From IMG/VR virus record IMGVR_UViG_3300038679_000031, positions 1 through 37,413 of that record: a stretch of DNA of 37,413 nucleotides, one strand, 5' to 3'. Source of the stretch: a virus (lineage: Duplodnaviria > Caudoviricetes). Of the stretch, positions 1 to 9,450 are shown in pieces (within the stretch, counting starts at the first letter, position 1; the number at the start of each line of letters is the position of its first letter). A program made the position numbers and the translations under genes. The notes below the pieces were generated by a model. That model was given only the letters and a program-made list of their open reading frames with translations, was not told the DNA's origin and ran no database searches.

Positions 1-89
1 CCGTTGCAGTTTTTTTCACGGACTGCCATAGTCCCCATCTTAACATTAACCGTGTTAAAATAGTCATTTTACGGGTTAAAGTGGTGAAT

Positions 90-260
90 TTACCAGTCGA
101 TTTGCATTTTTGGGCCGGAAATGGTGGCGACTATGGGTTTTTTGTAGGTTTTTCTGCGGGAGAGTTTATCGAAGCATTTTTTGCATAGGTTCATGTCTTT
201 TTTGATGAACACGGTGTCGGTGGTGGGGATGTTGGATTTACAGAGTTCACAGGATTGCAT
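90..260 (-). CDS. small CxxC/CxxC zinc-ribbon-like hypothetical protein (56 aa)
   Basis: Hand-translated (below ORF-track cutoff): MQSCELCKSN...NLCKKCFDKL...QIDW*; AAGGA RBS upstream. Confidence 0.5.
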   Translation of the reverse strand: MQSCELCKSNIPTTDTVFIKKDMNLCKKCFDKLSRRKTYKKPIVATISGPKMQIDW

Positions 261-275
261 ATTGGATTCCTTGTT

Positions 276-383
276 TCAGTAGGTCATTAGGTATTTTTCC
301 ATGCACATGAGGGCGTAGAACAGAAACACGAACAGCAGGAACGCCGCGATGAGCTTTAATAATCCGTGGAATAGATCTTTCAT
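276..383 (-). CDS. small membrane peptide (35 aa)
   Basis: Hand-translated MKDLFHGLLKLIAAFLLFVFLFYALMCMEKYLMTY*; ATGA overlap with stop of 380..580. Confidence 0.45.
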   Translation of the reverse strand: MKDLFHGLLKLIAAFLLFVFLFYALMCMEKYLMTY

Positions 384-580
384 GGTTTGCTCTTCTTTTT
401 AGCCCAATACGCTTTGTTTATTCTTCTGTAAGGGCTGGCTTTAGCTATGAGGAGAGTTATACCTTTGTGCTCACAAGGCAATTCTACTTCTATTATTGCC
501 CCAATTTTGGTAATTCCACACTTTTTGCACTCACATGCAACAATGGCCTCGCATTTCTTTCTCATGTCATGTCCTTTCAC
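380..580 (-). CDS. hypothetical Cys-containing protein
   Basis: ORF directly downstream of the leftward promoter; CECKKC motif; true start may be the second Met after GAAAGGA. Confidence 0.5.
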   Translation of the reverse strand: MKGHDMRKKCEAIVACECKKCGITKIGAIIEVELPCEHKGITLLIAKASPYRRINKAYWAKKKSKP

Positions 581-588
581 TCAAACAA

Positions 589-616
589 AGCATACCACAC
601 AGGTAGTTAAAGTCAA
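589..616 (-). promoter_or_regulatory. leftward sigma70-type promoter
   Basis: Minus strand TTGACT (616-611), 16-nt spacer, TATGCT (594-589) preceded by TGG (extended -10). Confidence 0.5.
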
Positions 617-639
617 ATCGGTAAATAATATAAATTTTC

Positions 640-668
640 TTGACAAATCTTTACGGATTGCAAATAAT
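640..668 (+). promoter_or_regulatory. rightward sigma70-type promoter
   Basis: TTGACA (640-645), 17-nt spacer, AATAAT (663-668) in an AT-rich intergenic region. Confidence 0.6.
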
Positions 669-674
669 ATCTGC

Positions 675-935
675 ATGATTGAAATATGTCCAAACTGCGG
701 TCACAGGTGGCATAGGAAGTCAAACGAAGCGGCGGGGATATTGTCAAAACTCACAGAAAAACAGCGGGAACGCATCACGCGATACATGTCCGGCATGAAG
801 GCGGCCGATATAGCCAAATCTGAAGGGGTTAGTACCATTGCAGTCTATCGGTCCATCTCCAGAGCGAAGGCGACGATAAGACGGTTAAGTAAACGGTATA
901 ATTTGGTCAATGTTTATAGAGAGGGCTCATCATGA
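675..935 (+). CDS. zinc-knuckle plus sigma70 region 4-like HTH transcriptional regulator
   Basis: CPNCG then LSKLTEKQRERITRYMSGMKAADIAKSEGVSTIAVYRSISRAKATIR; start reassigned from 447 to ATG 675. Confidence 0.7.
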   Translation: MIEICPNCGHRWHRKSNEAAGILSKLTEKQRERITRYMSGMKAADIAKSEGVSTIAVYRSISRAKATIRRLSKRYNLVNVYREGSS

Positions 936-1189
936 TCTTAGGCGTCTGTTTGCAAGGAGGTCGTCCAATTACACACCAACAATCCTCCGATACTTGGTTG
1001 CTTGTAACGTGGGGCGACCCTGCAAAAGAGACTGGGGCACTTCTGGACAGGGAGTGCCCCAATTGTTCACACCGGCCGGGGGATGATGTGCCGTTCGAGG
1101 AGGGTTTAACGCCCGTAGAGGGCGAAACCTTCGGATTTTACTGTCATAACTGCGGTTATGGCATGGTCGTATCGGAAAAATACTTATAA
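932..1189 (+). CDS. hypothetical zinc-ribbon protein
   Basis: CPNC...CHNCG; ATGA overlap with upstream gene. Confidence 0.55.
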   Translation: MILGVCLQGGRPITHQQSSDTWLLVTWGDPAKETGALLDRECPNCSHRPGDDVPFEEGLTPVEGETFGFYCHNCGYGMVVSEKYL

Positions 1190-1202
1190 TCAGGGGTTCA
1201 GC

Positions 1203-1844
1203 ATGAAAACTCGTATTCTGGTGGCGTTTGCCGTGGCATTCCTCGTTTTTTGCTTTATAGGCGTTATTTCGCTCCCGGCGGCCGCTCCCACGTTCAAAGT
1301 CAGCGATTGGCAGCTAATCCGGGCGGTCGGTAACGAGGACGGGGCAACGTCTGCCGCCTGTCTTGCCGTAGAGACCGCTGGCGACTTTGCCAATATGCCA
1401 TCTACGGCATTCCAGATATCCGCAGGAGGCGCAAGCGACACCACGGATGTACGTTGCGTAATCGCTATCTGCGGCGGGGCCGATTCGAATCTGGCGGATG
1501 ATACAGGGTCTTTTGTTGTTTATGGGTGGGCCGAAGGGGGCCCGGCTGAGTTTATCTGCGAAGGCGATTTCGTGCTCGGCACGCAACAGGTGGTAAAATA
1601 CCCCAACACAACCACGGCGGCCACTGATATCAATTGGGCGGACACCATAAACGTAGATAGTACAACGGTATGGATAAAAGGCGTGCTTGTTACCGACTCC
1701 GGGAACAATCGTATCGCACACCTGAGTTTTGATACAACAGGGCTAAAATACATCGGCATATTCTTTTATGATGCCGCTGGCGTGGCCGGGGCCGCACAAC
1801 CAAACGAATCGAATAACACATCGGCCTACGCCCGATTCTACTGA
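1203..1844 (+). CDS. hypothetical exported or membrane-anchored beta-rich protein
   Basis: MKTRILVAFAVAFLVFCFIGVISLPAAA signal-peptide-like N-terminus; GGGG RBS; start reassigned to 1203. Confidence 0.65.
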   Translation: MKTRILVAFAVAFLVFCFIGVISLPAAAPTFKVSDWQLIRAVGNEDGATSAACLAVETAGDFANMPSTAFQISAGGASDTTDVRCVIAICGGADSNLADDTGSFVVYGWAEGGPAEFICEGDFVLGTQQVVKYPNTTTAATDINWADTINVDSTTVWIKGVLVTDSGNNRIAHLSFDTTGLKYIGIFFYDAAGVAGAAQPNESNNTSAYARFY

Positions 1845-2128
1845 TGCCATTCAGGGTCAAGACATTCAAACAGGTGCATAAGCCGCCCGAATGCCGCCCG
1901 TGTGCGGCTGTGCGGGGGTATGGGTCGGCATGGCAACGAAATCGAGCGGGATATCTACGCGATAACCCACTTTGCGTAGAATGCCTTAAACAAGGCCGAA
2001 CTGAACCGGCTACCGTGGTTGACCACATCGAACCACATCGGGGGGATATGCGATTGTTCTGGGATCCCAATAACTGGCAATCCCTTTGCGAATATCATCA
2101 TAACAAGAAGACAGGTGAAGGAAAATGA
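1844..2128 (+). CDS. HNH endonuclease (packaging-associated, HK97 gp74-like)
   Basis: RGYGSAW...PLCVEC...ATVVDHIEPHRGD...NWQSLCEYHHNKKT; upstream of terminase. Confidence 0.92.
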   Translation: MPFRVKTFKQVHKPPECRPCAAVRGYGSAWQRNRAGYLRDNPLCVECLKQGRTEPATVVDHIEPHRGDMRLFWDPNNWQSLCEYHHNKKTGEGK

Positions 2129-2361
2129 AGAAAGATGATGTATTTATATTTGTAACTTTTCCGGGAGTCGAAGGGCCGCAATACATTAATTTAGAGCATA
2201 TTAGCGGGTGGGTTGCATGGCACAAGACCGATAAAGGTCCAACAACCGCAATTTATGTCAAGTGGCATGCGCTCCCGTTTCAAGTGTTAGGTACTCCGGA
2301 AAGTGTATTGGAAGTAATTCAAAATAGGGTGATGGAAGTATGCTCTAAGAGGTTTCTATGA
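2125..2361 (+). CDS. hypothetical protein
   Basis: ATGA-coupled on both sides within the operon. Confidence 0.6.
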   Translation: MKKDDVFIFVTFPGVEGPQYINLEHISGWVAWHKTDKGPTTAIYVKWHALPFQVLGTPESVLEVIQNRVMEVCSKRFL

Positions 2362-2777
2362 AACCCGGTAAATGCCCAACCCCCACGGGGATATTGAAAG
2401 CCAGAGGGTCATGGCGTGGCGATCTGCGAAAAGGAGAGCCGAAGCCGGACCTGAACGCGGTGCAATGCCCTACAGAGCTACAAACGGATTACGAAAGACA
2501 GTTATGGTACGATCTTCAAGCGAAATTGGTGAATCAAGGGATATTCGATTCGTCGAATCGGATTGCGTTAAGCCGGTATATCCAAGTCTGCGCGCGTTGG
2601 TACGACTTGTCCAGCACGGGATTGCTCTCGGAGGAGAAAATGGCGAAATTGGCCCCCATACTGGATCGGCTCGAAGGCAAGTTCGGACTGACCCCATCGG
2701 ATAGAACGCGGGTGCGTTCGGAGAATGAGACGCCCGACAAAAATAGCGGAAAGTTGCGGTTTTTCAAGCCAGCATAA
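2358..2777 (+). CDS. terS: terminase small subunit (P27-family-like)
   Basis: PTPT.ILKARG N-terminus and FGLTPSDRTRV C-terminal motif; directly before TerL. Confidence 0.85.
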   Translation: MKPGKCPTPTGILKARGSWRGDLRKGEPKPDLNAVQCPTELQTDYERQLWYDLQAKLVNQGIFDSSNRIALSRYIQVCARWYDLSSTGLLSEEKMAKLAPILDRLEGKFGLTPSDRTRVRSENETPDKNSGKLRFFKPA

Positions 2778-2788
2778 CAACTGCAAGC

Positions 2789-4414
2789 ATGGTATCTATC
2801 AGGAAGAAAACACTTGAGGATATCTGCCGAATTATCCCCGGTGGATACGATCCATTCGCAAGTGCCGGGGAATGTACGTTCGATAGGAAGCTGGCTAAGC
2901 GGTCTTTAGACTTCTTTGCCGAACACCTTGTCTTTATCGAAGGGGATCGGGCCGGACAACCGTTTGTGTTGGAGGACTGGCAAAAGTCCATCATCGCCAA
3001 CCTGTTCGGATGGATACGGCCTAACGGATCGCGGAGATACCGGGAGGCGTTTATCTTTGTGCCTCGAAAGAACGGGAAAACCCCGTTATGTGCCGGTATT
3101 ATCGACTATGTTGGTTTCTGCGATAACGAGCCGGGTGCGCAAATTTACTCGGCCGCTGGCGAGAAGGAACAGGCGTCTCTGGTGTTTCGCCACGCCGCGG
3201 GGATGATCTTCCGGAATCCGGAATTGGATAAGCGGGCGCGGGTGTACCGTACCTTTAAGTCCATCGAATTCAACCGCGGCGATTCGATCTATAAGGCGTT
3301 ATCCAGCGAAGCGGACACTAAACAGGGCTACAACAGCCATCTGGTCATTAACGACGAACTGCACGTACAGCCAAACCGCGATCTTGTGGACGCTCTTTCG
3401 ACCTCCACAGGTACGCGGCGGCAGCCGTTAATTATCCATATCACGACCGCCGGATGGGATCGGCACTCGATCTGTTACGAGAAATATGATTACGCCTGCA
3501 AAGTACGGGATGGGATTATTCAGGACGATACCTTTTTCCCTGTGATCTACGAAATCGGAGAAAAAGACGACTGGCGAAAAGAAAAGACATGGAGGAAGGC
3601 CAACCCGAATTTAGGGGTCAGCGTTACTTTGGAATACCTGAAAAAGGAATGCCAACGGGCGCAAGACGTACCGGCCTATGAAAATACTTTTCGCCGCCTC
3701 CACCTGAATCAGTGGACGCAACAGGATGTCCGGTGGATACCGATGGATCGGTTTCGGGAGTGCAAGGGAAAACGAACCCGGATCGAGGATTTTGCCGGTA
3801 AGCCATGTTACGCGGCGATTGATCTATCTTCGACAACGGACTTGTGCTGCGTCGATTATCTGTTTCAGGACGAGAAGTTTCATTTCCTTGCCGATTGTTT
3901 TATCCCGGAAGTCAACGCGCGGAAGCGGATGGAGCGGGATCGTGTGCCCTATCTGACGTGGGCCGAGCAAGGGTATATCACACTGACGCCGGGCGATGTT
4001 GTTGACTATGACCGGATACGGGCGCGGGTGAACGAAGTCGGCAAGATCGTCGATATTCGCGGGATCGCCTTCGACCGATGGAACGCAACACAGCTATCGA
4101 CGCAACTGGAAGGCGATGGGTTTAACGTCGAGATGTTCGGGCAGGGTTTCGCCTCGATGTCGGCCCCAAGCAAGAAGTTTATGGAGTTAATCTTATCCAA
4201 ATTGCTCGATTACGGAGATAACCCGGTGATTGAGTGGTGTGCGTCGAACGTAACAGCCGAGATCGACGCCGCCGAAAACATAAAACCAAGCAAAAAAAAG
4301 TCCTCGGAACGGATTGACGCTATTGTGGCCGCTCTCATGGCGCTGGGTTTGTGCATTGCGACCCCGCTTGTCTTGCCGTCGATCTATGAAACCGAAGGAG
4401 TTCTCGTACTATGA
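2789..4414 (+). CDS. terL: terminase large subunit
   Basis: Walker A VPRKNGKT, Walker B VINDELH, ITTAG coupling motif, nuclease IDLSSTTD, RIDAIVA. Confidence 0.97.
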   Translation: MVSIRKKTLEDICRIIPGGYDPFASAGECTFDRKLAKRSLDFFAEHLVFIEGDRAGQPFVLEDWQKSIIANLFGWIRPNGSRRYREAFIFVPRKNGKTPLCAGIIDYVGFCDNEPGAQIYSAAGEKEQASLVFRHAAGMIFRNPELDKRARVYRTFKSIEFNRGDSIYKALSSEADTKQGYNSHLVINDELHVQPNRDLVDALSTSTGTRRQPLIIHITTAGWDRHSICYEKYDYACKVRDGIIQDDTFFPVIYEIGEKDDWRKEKTWRKANPNLGVSVTLEYLKKECQRAQDVPAYENTFRRLHLNQWTQQDVRWIPMDRFRECKGKRTRIEDFAGKPCYAAIDLSSTTDLCCVDYLFQDEKFHFLADCFIPEVNARKRMERDRVPYLTWAEQGYITLTPGDVVDYDRIRARVNEVGKIVDIRGIAFDRWNATQLSTQLEGDGFNVEMFGQGFASMSAPSKKFMELILSKLLDYGDNPVIEWCASNVTAEIDAAENIKPSKKKSSERIDAIVAALMALGLCIATPLVLPSIYETEGVLVL

Positions 4415-5904
4415 AATTGATTTCCAAGTTGCTTTCCAAGTGCGGGTATATCCCGGTTTCCGCCGTATCCGACACGATAACAATGCGTCAGTGGAATCAG
4501 TTCTTTCCGATAGCAACCGCCGGGGAACATGTAACACCAGATACCGCACTCCGTTTGACGGCGGTTATGGCGTGCGTTCGCATTATCGCGGAGAATATCG
4601 GTTCGCTGCCTGCGATTATCTACAAACGCGGTGAGGACGATAAACGGACTCGCGCGAAGGATCATCCGGTCTATAAGCTGTTGCATGTTTCTCCGAATGA
4701 GTATCAGACGCCGATGCAGTGGAAGGAATTGATGGCGGCGCATGTTGTTCTGAGGGGAAACGCCTACTCGGTGATCGACTGGGACGCATCTGGCGAACCG
4801 ATAGAGCTACATCCAGTCCATCCGGATCGGGTGACTATCGAGCGATTGCAGGATAAATCGCTCCGGTACAAGATACGGTTTCCCGATGAGAATGTAGAAA
4901 GAAAATACTCGCAAGACCGGATTCTGCATATCGCCGGACTTTCCTTCGACGGGGTAAAAGGACTGAACCCGATAGAATATGCCGCAACGACGATAGGGCT
5001 GGGTCTGGCAACCGATAAGTTTGGCGGATCGTTCTTTGCCAACGGAGCCAACCCCGCGGCGGTTCTCAGTACACCGCAACGGCTGTCCGAGCAGGCCGTG
5101 AACAGCTTGAAACAGCAGTTGGCACAGGAATACAGCGGGGCCAAAAACTCGTTCAAGACCCTTGTTTTGCAAGAGGATTTGAAGTGGACGGCGATGATAA
5201 TACCGCCGGATCAGGCGCAATTCCTCGAAACACGAAAGTTTTCCGTTACGGATATCGCCCGTTTATTTCGTGTGCCGCCGCCGATGATTGCGGATCTGGA
5301 GAGGGCTACATTCAGCAATATCGAACAGCAGTCCATCGACCTTGTAACGTACACTTTGCGGCCGTGGATGGTCCGATTCGATCAGTCCATCAACAAACGC
5401 CTGCTTCTGGACAGCGAAGAATATTACTGCGAATTCCTTGCGGACGCGCTCCTGCGCGGGGACCAGAAAAGCCGGTACGAATCCTACTCTCTGGCGCTGG
5501 CCAGCCGATGGATGACCCCAAACGAGGTTCGGAAACGCGAGAATCTCGATCCGATTGAAGGCGGCGACAAGGTTGCAGAAAAGACTAACCTTTCCAGCGG
5601 ATCAACCGGCGGGTCTAAAATACCGAAAGAGCCGGAAGAAAAAGACAAGGCACTCCATGCTTGGATCGAGGATGTATCGCAACGACTGGCCAATAAGGTA
5701 CAACGAGAACCCATTGCGAACCAGAAGGGACGTACCGACCACGCCAAGTATATGTTCCAATGTCTTGCCCCCCTCTTTGCAGCAATTGGAATTGATTGCG
5801 TTCAAGACCGCTTTACTGGCATGGATCGTTTTCCAGACACGAAGGCAGATTATGTTCAACTGATTCAAGGTATGCTCGATGAAAAGTTATGCCAAAATAA
5901 TTAA
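4411..5904 (+). CDS. HK97-family portal protein
   Basis: AVMACVRIIAENIGSLP, LRGNAY, QFLETRKF, IARLFRVPP, FSNIEQQ, TPNEVRKRENL. Confidence 0.96.
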   Translation: MKLISKLLSKCGYIPVSAVSDTITMRQWNQFFPIATAGEHVTPDTALRLTAVMACVRIIAENIGSLPAIIYKRGEDDKRTRAKDHPVYKLLHVSPNEYQTPMQWKELMAAHVVLRGNAYSVIDWDASGEPIELHPVHPDRVTIERLQDKSLRYKIRFPDENVERKYSQDRILHIAGLSFDGVKGLNPIEYAATTIGLGLATDKFGGSFFANGANPAAVLSTPQRLSEQAVNSLKQQLAQEYSGAKNSFKTLVLQEDLKWTAMIIPPDQAQFLETRKFSVTDIARLFRVPPPMIADLERATFSNIEQQSIDLVTYTLRPWMVRFDQSINKRLLLDSEEYYCEFLADALLRGDQKSRYESYSLALASRWMTPNEVRKRENLDPIEGGDKVAEKTNLSSGSTGGSKIPKEPEEKDKALHAWIEDVSQRLANKVQREPIANQKGRTDHAKYMFQCLAPLFAAIGIDCVQDRFTGMDRFPDTKADYVQLIQGMLDEKLCQNN

Positions 5905-6763
5905 CGGGGTCAACTCGTCGATCTGGGCTATTTTGCCAGATAAGATGGACCAAATCCTTGCTATTTTACGCAACAAAGTTCTTTCGGTTGAAATCGAAGG
6001 GGATACCGAGATCGACGAGATTACCGCCGAAAAGAGACGGGCGACCCCGTACCGAAACATCTCCGGGAATATTGCGTCCCTCCAGATTTACGGGACGATT
6101 GCCCAGCGTTTCTCCGCGTTAGAGTCCGGCGGAACGACGACCGAACAGATCGGTTCCCTGTTCGATCAGGCCATCAACGATCCGAACGTAGGGGCGGTAG
6201 TATTGGATATCGACTCTCCCGGCGGGTCTGTGTACGGCGTTTCCGAACTGGCCAAGAAGATATTCGACGCTCGCGGCAAGAAGCCGATCATTGCCGTCTG
6301 TAACTCTCTGATGGCGTCTGCGGCTTACTGGATTGGCTCTGCAGCCGACCAGATTGTTGTAACCCCCAGCGGGGAAATCGGCTCTATCGGCGTTTTGGCC
6401 GTCCATGTGGACGACTCGGAAGCCGATGCAAAGGCCGGAGTCAAAACAACGGTATTCCGTTCTACCGAACACAAGGGCGAAGGGATTGGCCCTTTGAGCG
6501 AAGATTCGATGGGCTACATGCAAAAGCGCGTCATGGAATACCACTCCATGTTTGTCAACGATATCGCACGGAACCGGGATACGAAGGCGGCTAAGGTTGA
6601 CGAGAACTACGGCAAGGGCCGTGTTATGGGTGCGGAAGTGGCTGTATCCGTTGGGATGGCCGATAGGGTAGCCACTTTCGAGCAAGTCATCGACGATCTC
6701 CGATCCGACAGCGGCAAGAAAAAGAAACTCAGGGCACAAGTTGACCTGATGAAAATACGGTGA
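5879..6763 (+). CDS. S49 (SppA-like) prohead protease
   Basis: LDIDSPGGSV, MASAAYWIGS, GEIGSIGV; between portal and capsid. Confidence 0.93.
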   Translation: MKSYAKIINGVNSSIWAILPDKMDQILAILRNKVLSVEIEGDTEIDEITAEKRRATPYRNISGNIASLQIYGTIAQRFSALESGGTTTEQIGSLFDQAINDPNVGAVVLDIDSPGGSVYGVSELAKKIFDARGKKPIIAVCNSLMASAAYWIGSAADQIVVTPSGEIGSIGVLAVHVDDSEADAKAGVKTTVFRSTEHKGEGIGPLSEDSMGYMQKRVMEYHSMFVNDIARNRDTKAAKVDENYGKGRVMGAEVAVSVGMADRVATFEQVIDDLRSDSGKKKKLRAQVDLMKIR

Positions 6764-6840
6764 GGCGGCAGCTTCATCTTCAATGCGGCAGCATTTGTGT
6801 AAGTAAACTAATCATTTTATAGCATTCTAAGGAAATTGAC

Positions 6841-8220
6841 ATGAACAAGAGACTGAAAAAGTTCATGGACGAGAAAACCGCGCTCTGCGCGGAAATGGAT
6901 GCGATCTTGGATATCGAAGGGGCAATGACTCCGGAAAATGAGGCGAAATTCAATTCGCTGAAAACCACAGCCGATACCCTCCAGTCCAGAATCGACAAGG
7001 AACTCGTCCTGATGAAAGCGCGGGAAACTGATATGCCTGCGATCAAAGACGGCAACGATGAGGTTCAAACGGAGAATCTTCAGAAGGCCCAAGACAGTAA
7101 GCTGGTGATTCCGGCCGAACCGAAACGGCTGTTCACCAACGCCAAGTGCTTCAAGACCGAAGAAAGTCAGAAGTGGGCGTATGTCTGGGGCCAGCAGGTT
7201 ATGGCGATGTGCGGCAACCGGTTTGCCGCGCAGTATTGCCAAGACTACGGTTATTCTCCGTGGCAGGCCGTCCACAACGAAGGAACCAATACCCAGGGCG
7301 GGTATCTGGTATTCCCGGAAATCGACCGCAACATCATTCAGTTGGAACTGGAATACGGCAGCTTCCAAGCGAATGCCCGAAACGTCCCCATGACCACGGA
7401 ACGAACGGTACGCGACCGCAAGGATAGTGGGTTGACGATGTACGCCGTCGGTGAATCCGATGCCGGAACCGAATCCACGATGGCTTGGAGCCAAGTCGAG
7501 TTGATCGCCCGTGATTGGATGGTTCTGACTCGTCTGACCAACCAACTCAACAACGATTCTATCGTCCCCATTATGGATGCTCTCGGTCGTGATGTTGCGA
7601 TGGCCTCCGCCAAGAAGAAAGACGACGCCGGATTTATTGGCGATGGAACATCAACCTATCACGGAATTACCGGAATCGTAAAACGCCTGCAAGCGGTCAA
7701 CCTGACCGGATCAACCGTTGACGAAGGCGGCGGCGTTATCATGGCCACCGGCAATGCGTTCTCGGAAGTGGTCTTGGCCGACTTTACCAAGCTGATCGGC
7801 ATACTTCCGAGCTATGCCGGGACAAATCCGAAGTTCTATTGCCACTCGGCGGTCGCAGGCGGTCTGTTGGACCTCCTGAAGGCGGCCGCTACCGGCAACT
7901 CGTTCCTTGATATCCAGAACGGCAAGCCCACTCGGACTTTCCTCGGATATCCGGTCGTAACCAACAACTCGATGGCGTCGGCGGAAGCCACAAACGCATT
8001 GATCGTTCTGTTTGGCGATCTTTCGCTTGCGGCCGATTTCGGCGACCGTCAACAAACAACGATGGCAATCTCGGACAGCGCGTATGTAGGTTCGCAGTCA
8101 GTGTTCGAGCGCAATCAACTGGCACTTCGATGGACCGAACGGTGGGATATCAACGTACACGACGTTGGCACTTCCACTGTCGCTGGCCCTGTCGTAATGC
8201 TCGGCATGAAGTCCAGCTAA
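6841..8220 (+). CDS. HK97-fold major capsid protein
   Basis: N-terminal coiled-coil delta domain, GGYLVFPE, FIGDGT, LGYPV, LFGDLS, FERNQLALR. Confidence 0.93.
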   Translation: MNKRLKKFMDEKTALCAEMDAILDIEGAMTPENEAKFNSLKTTADTLQSRIDKELVLMKARETDMPAIKDGNDEVQTENLQKAQDSKLVIPAEPKRLFTNAKCFKTEESQKWAYVWGQQVMAMCGNRFAAQYCQDYGYSPWQAVHNEGTNTQGGYLVFPEIDRNIIQLELEYGSFQANARNVPMTTERTVRDRKDSGLTMYAVGESDAGTESTMAWSQVELIARDWMVLTRLTNQLNNDSIVPIMDALGRDVAMASAKKKDDAGFIGDGTSTYHGITGIVKRLQAVNLTGSTVDEGGGVIMATGNAFSEVVLADFTKLIGILPSYAGTNPKFYCHSAVAGGLLDLLKAAATGNSFLDIQNGKPTRTFLGYPVVTNNSMASAEATNALIVLFGDLSLAADFGDRQQTTMAISDSAYVGSQSVFERNQLALRWTERWDINVHDVGTSTVAGPVVMLGMKSS

Positions 8221-8230
8221 GGAGAAATCA

Positions 8231-8725
8231 ATGAACGAGATAGATAAATGTGCAGTAGTGTGGTATCCGCCGAAGGCGGTTGCCACTCAGACAACGTATG
8301 CCGATTGGGCCTTTTCCACCGATGGGTATGAACACGCCAATATCTATGTGATGGCGACCACTTCCGCCGCCTCACAAACGGCGGCGTTTACCACGCTGGC
8401 GCTGACGGAATCGGATACGGTTACTGTCGCAACGAGTCAGACGACCATCGCCGCGTTTCAGGGCGGTACGGCCACTTCCGCCACGGCGGGGTTTGTGATG
8501 CCGACTGGTCAGGAAAACCTGCTCCACGAGTTTCAGGTTGACCTGCGAAAACGAAAACGCTACATCGGCGTCAAGGCGATGACTGGGACCGCCACGGCGA
8601 CGCTGACCATGATTGCCGTGCTTTCGCGTGGGATGCAAAGCGCGGAAACAACAACCACAAAGCTCATCTTGAATAACGTGATTACGGCTGCGGCGGATTG
8701 TGCGCCGACGTTCGTAAACGGTTAA
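8231..8725 (+). CDS. Thr/Ala-rich putative capsid-associated protein
   Basis: Strong AAGGAG RBS immediately after capsid gene; beta-rich with KRYI motif; function inferred from position. Confidence 0.6.
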   Translation: MNEIDKCAVVWYPPKAVATQTTYADWAFSTDGYEHANIYVMATTSAASQTAAFTTLALTESDTVTVATSQTTIAAFQGGTATSATAGFVMPTGQENLLHEFQVDLRKRKRYIGVKAMTGTATATLTMIAVLSRGMQSAETTTTKLILNNVITAAADCAPTFVNG

Positions 8726-8743
8726 TCCTTGATCGAGTCCTTC

Positions 8744-8788
8744 ACTCCGCTACGGGGGGGGCGGCATCCGCCGACCCCCCTGCGGAGG
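8744..8788 (+). terminator. strong GC hairpin after capsid genes (attenuator or stabiliser; no U-tract)
   Basis: CTCCGC..GGGGGG.GGCGG-CAT-CCGCC.ACCCCCC.GCGGAG nested inverted repeat. Confidence 0.4.
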
Positions 8789-8814
8789 AAGGTTGCATAG
8801 CGAAGGAAGGAAAC

Positions 8815-9450
8815 ATGATTGTATGGATTGCCTCATGGCCGCGTAGCGGAAATACGCTGGTTCGGCTGATTCTTCGGGATATGTACGGGATTGATTCGTA
8901 TTCGACCCACGAAGAACCGGAATTGGAACCGATCTTTGGAAAAAGAATAACGGAAAACAATGTAACGCCGGATACCTATATCGGGTTGAGGGACGATCCT
9001 AAAGAAACCTTTTTTGTTAAGACACACGCTTATATTCCCGACGGGATGCCGTGTATCTATCTGATCCGGGATGCCCGCGATGCAATGTTGTCTTTGTCCA
9101 AGATATATAGGACCGATATCATCAACATCATAACCGGACAGGGATTCGATTATCCTGGATGGTCTTCCCACTATTGGGCATGGAACGCCAAGAAGCGAGG
9201 GAAGTGTATTTATATCAAGTTCGAGGAGTTCATTCAGGACATCCCCGGATTTGCAGACCAGATTGGCCAATGGCTGCATATACGAAAAACCCACGATTAC
9301 AAGGACGCTTTTGAGGAAAACCGCAAACGGTGTCCTTTGATATTTAACACTCGCGGAGAAAGTCATAAAAACGAAATGCCCGATAGTGTGTTGGAATTGT
9401 TCTGGCGCATACACGGGTCAGCGATGAAGGATGCCGGTTATGCTGAGTAA
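8815..9450 (+). CDS. PAPS-dependent sulfotransferase
   Basis: 5'-PSB loop ASWPRSGNT, VKTH, 3'-PB motif YLIRDARDAMLS, IKFEE; GGAAGGA RBS before ATG 8815. Confidence 0.88.
   Translation: MIVWIASWPRSGNTLVRLILRDMYGIDSYSTHEEPELEPIFGKRITENNVTPDTYIGLRDDPKETFFVKTHAYIPDGMPCIYLIRDARDAMLSLSKIYRTDIINIITGQGFDYPGWSSHYWAWNAKKRGKCIYIKFEEFIQDIPGFADQIGQWLHIRKTHDYKDAFEENRKRCPLIFNTRGESHKNEMPDSVLELFWRIHGSAMKDAGYAE

Noticed and set aside
1-80. Possible cos-adjacent sequence or terminator (imperfect ttaacc...ggttaa inverted repeat at about 46-79)
   Set aside because: Weak pairing and no read-end data, so it cannot be supported.
447-674. N-terminal extension of the HTH gene in the ORF track
   Set aside because: Overlaps the opposite-strand gene and both promoters; ATG 675 fits better.
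6764-6815. Direct repeat GCGGCAGC twice upstream of the capsid gene
   Set aside because: Only 8 bp and two copies in a GC-rich genome; no supporting structure.
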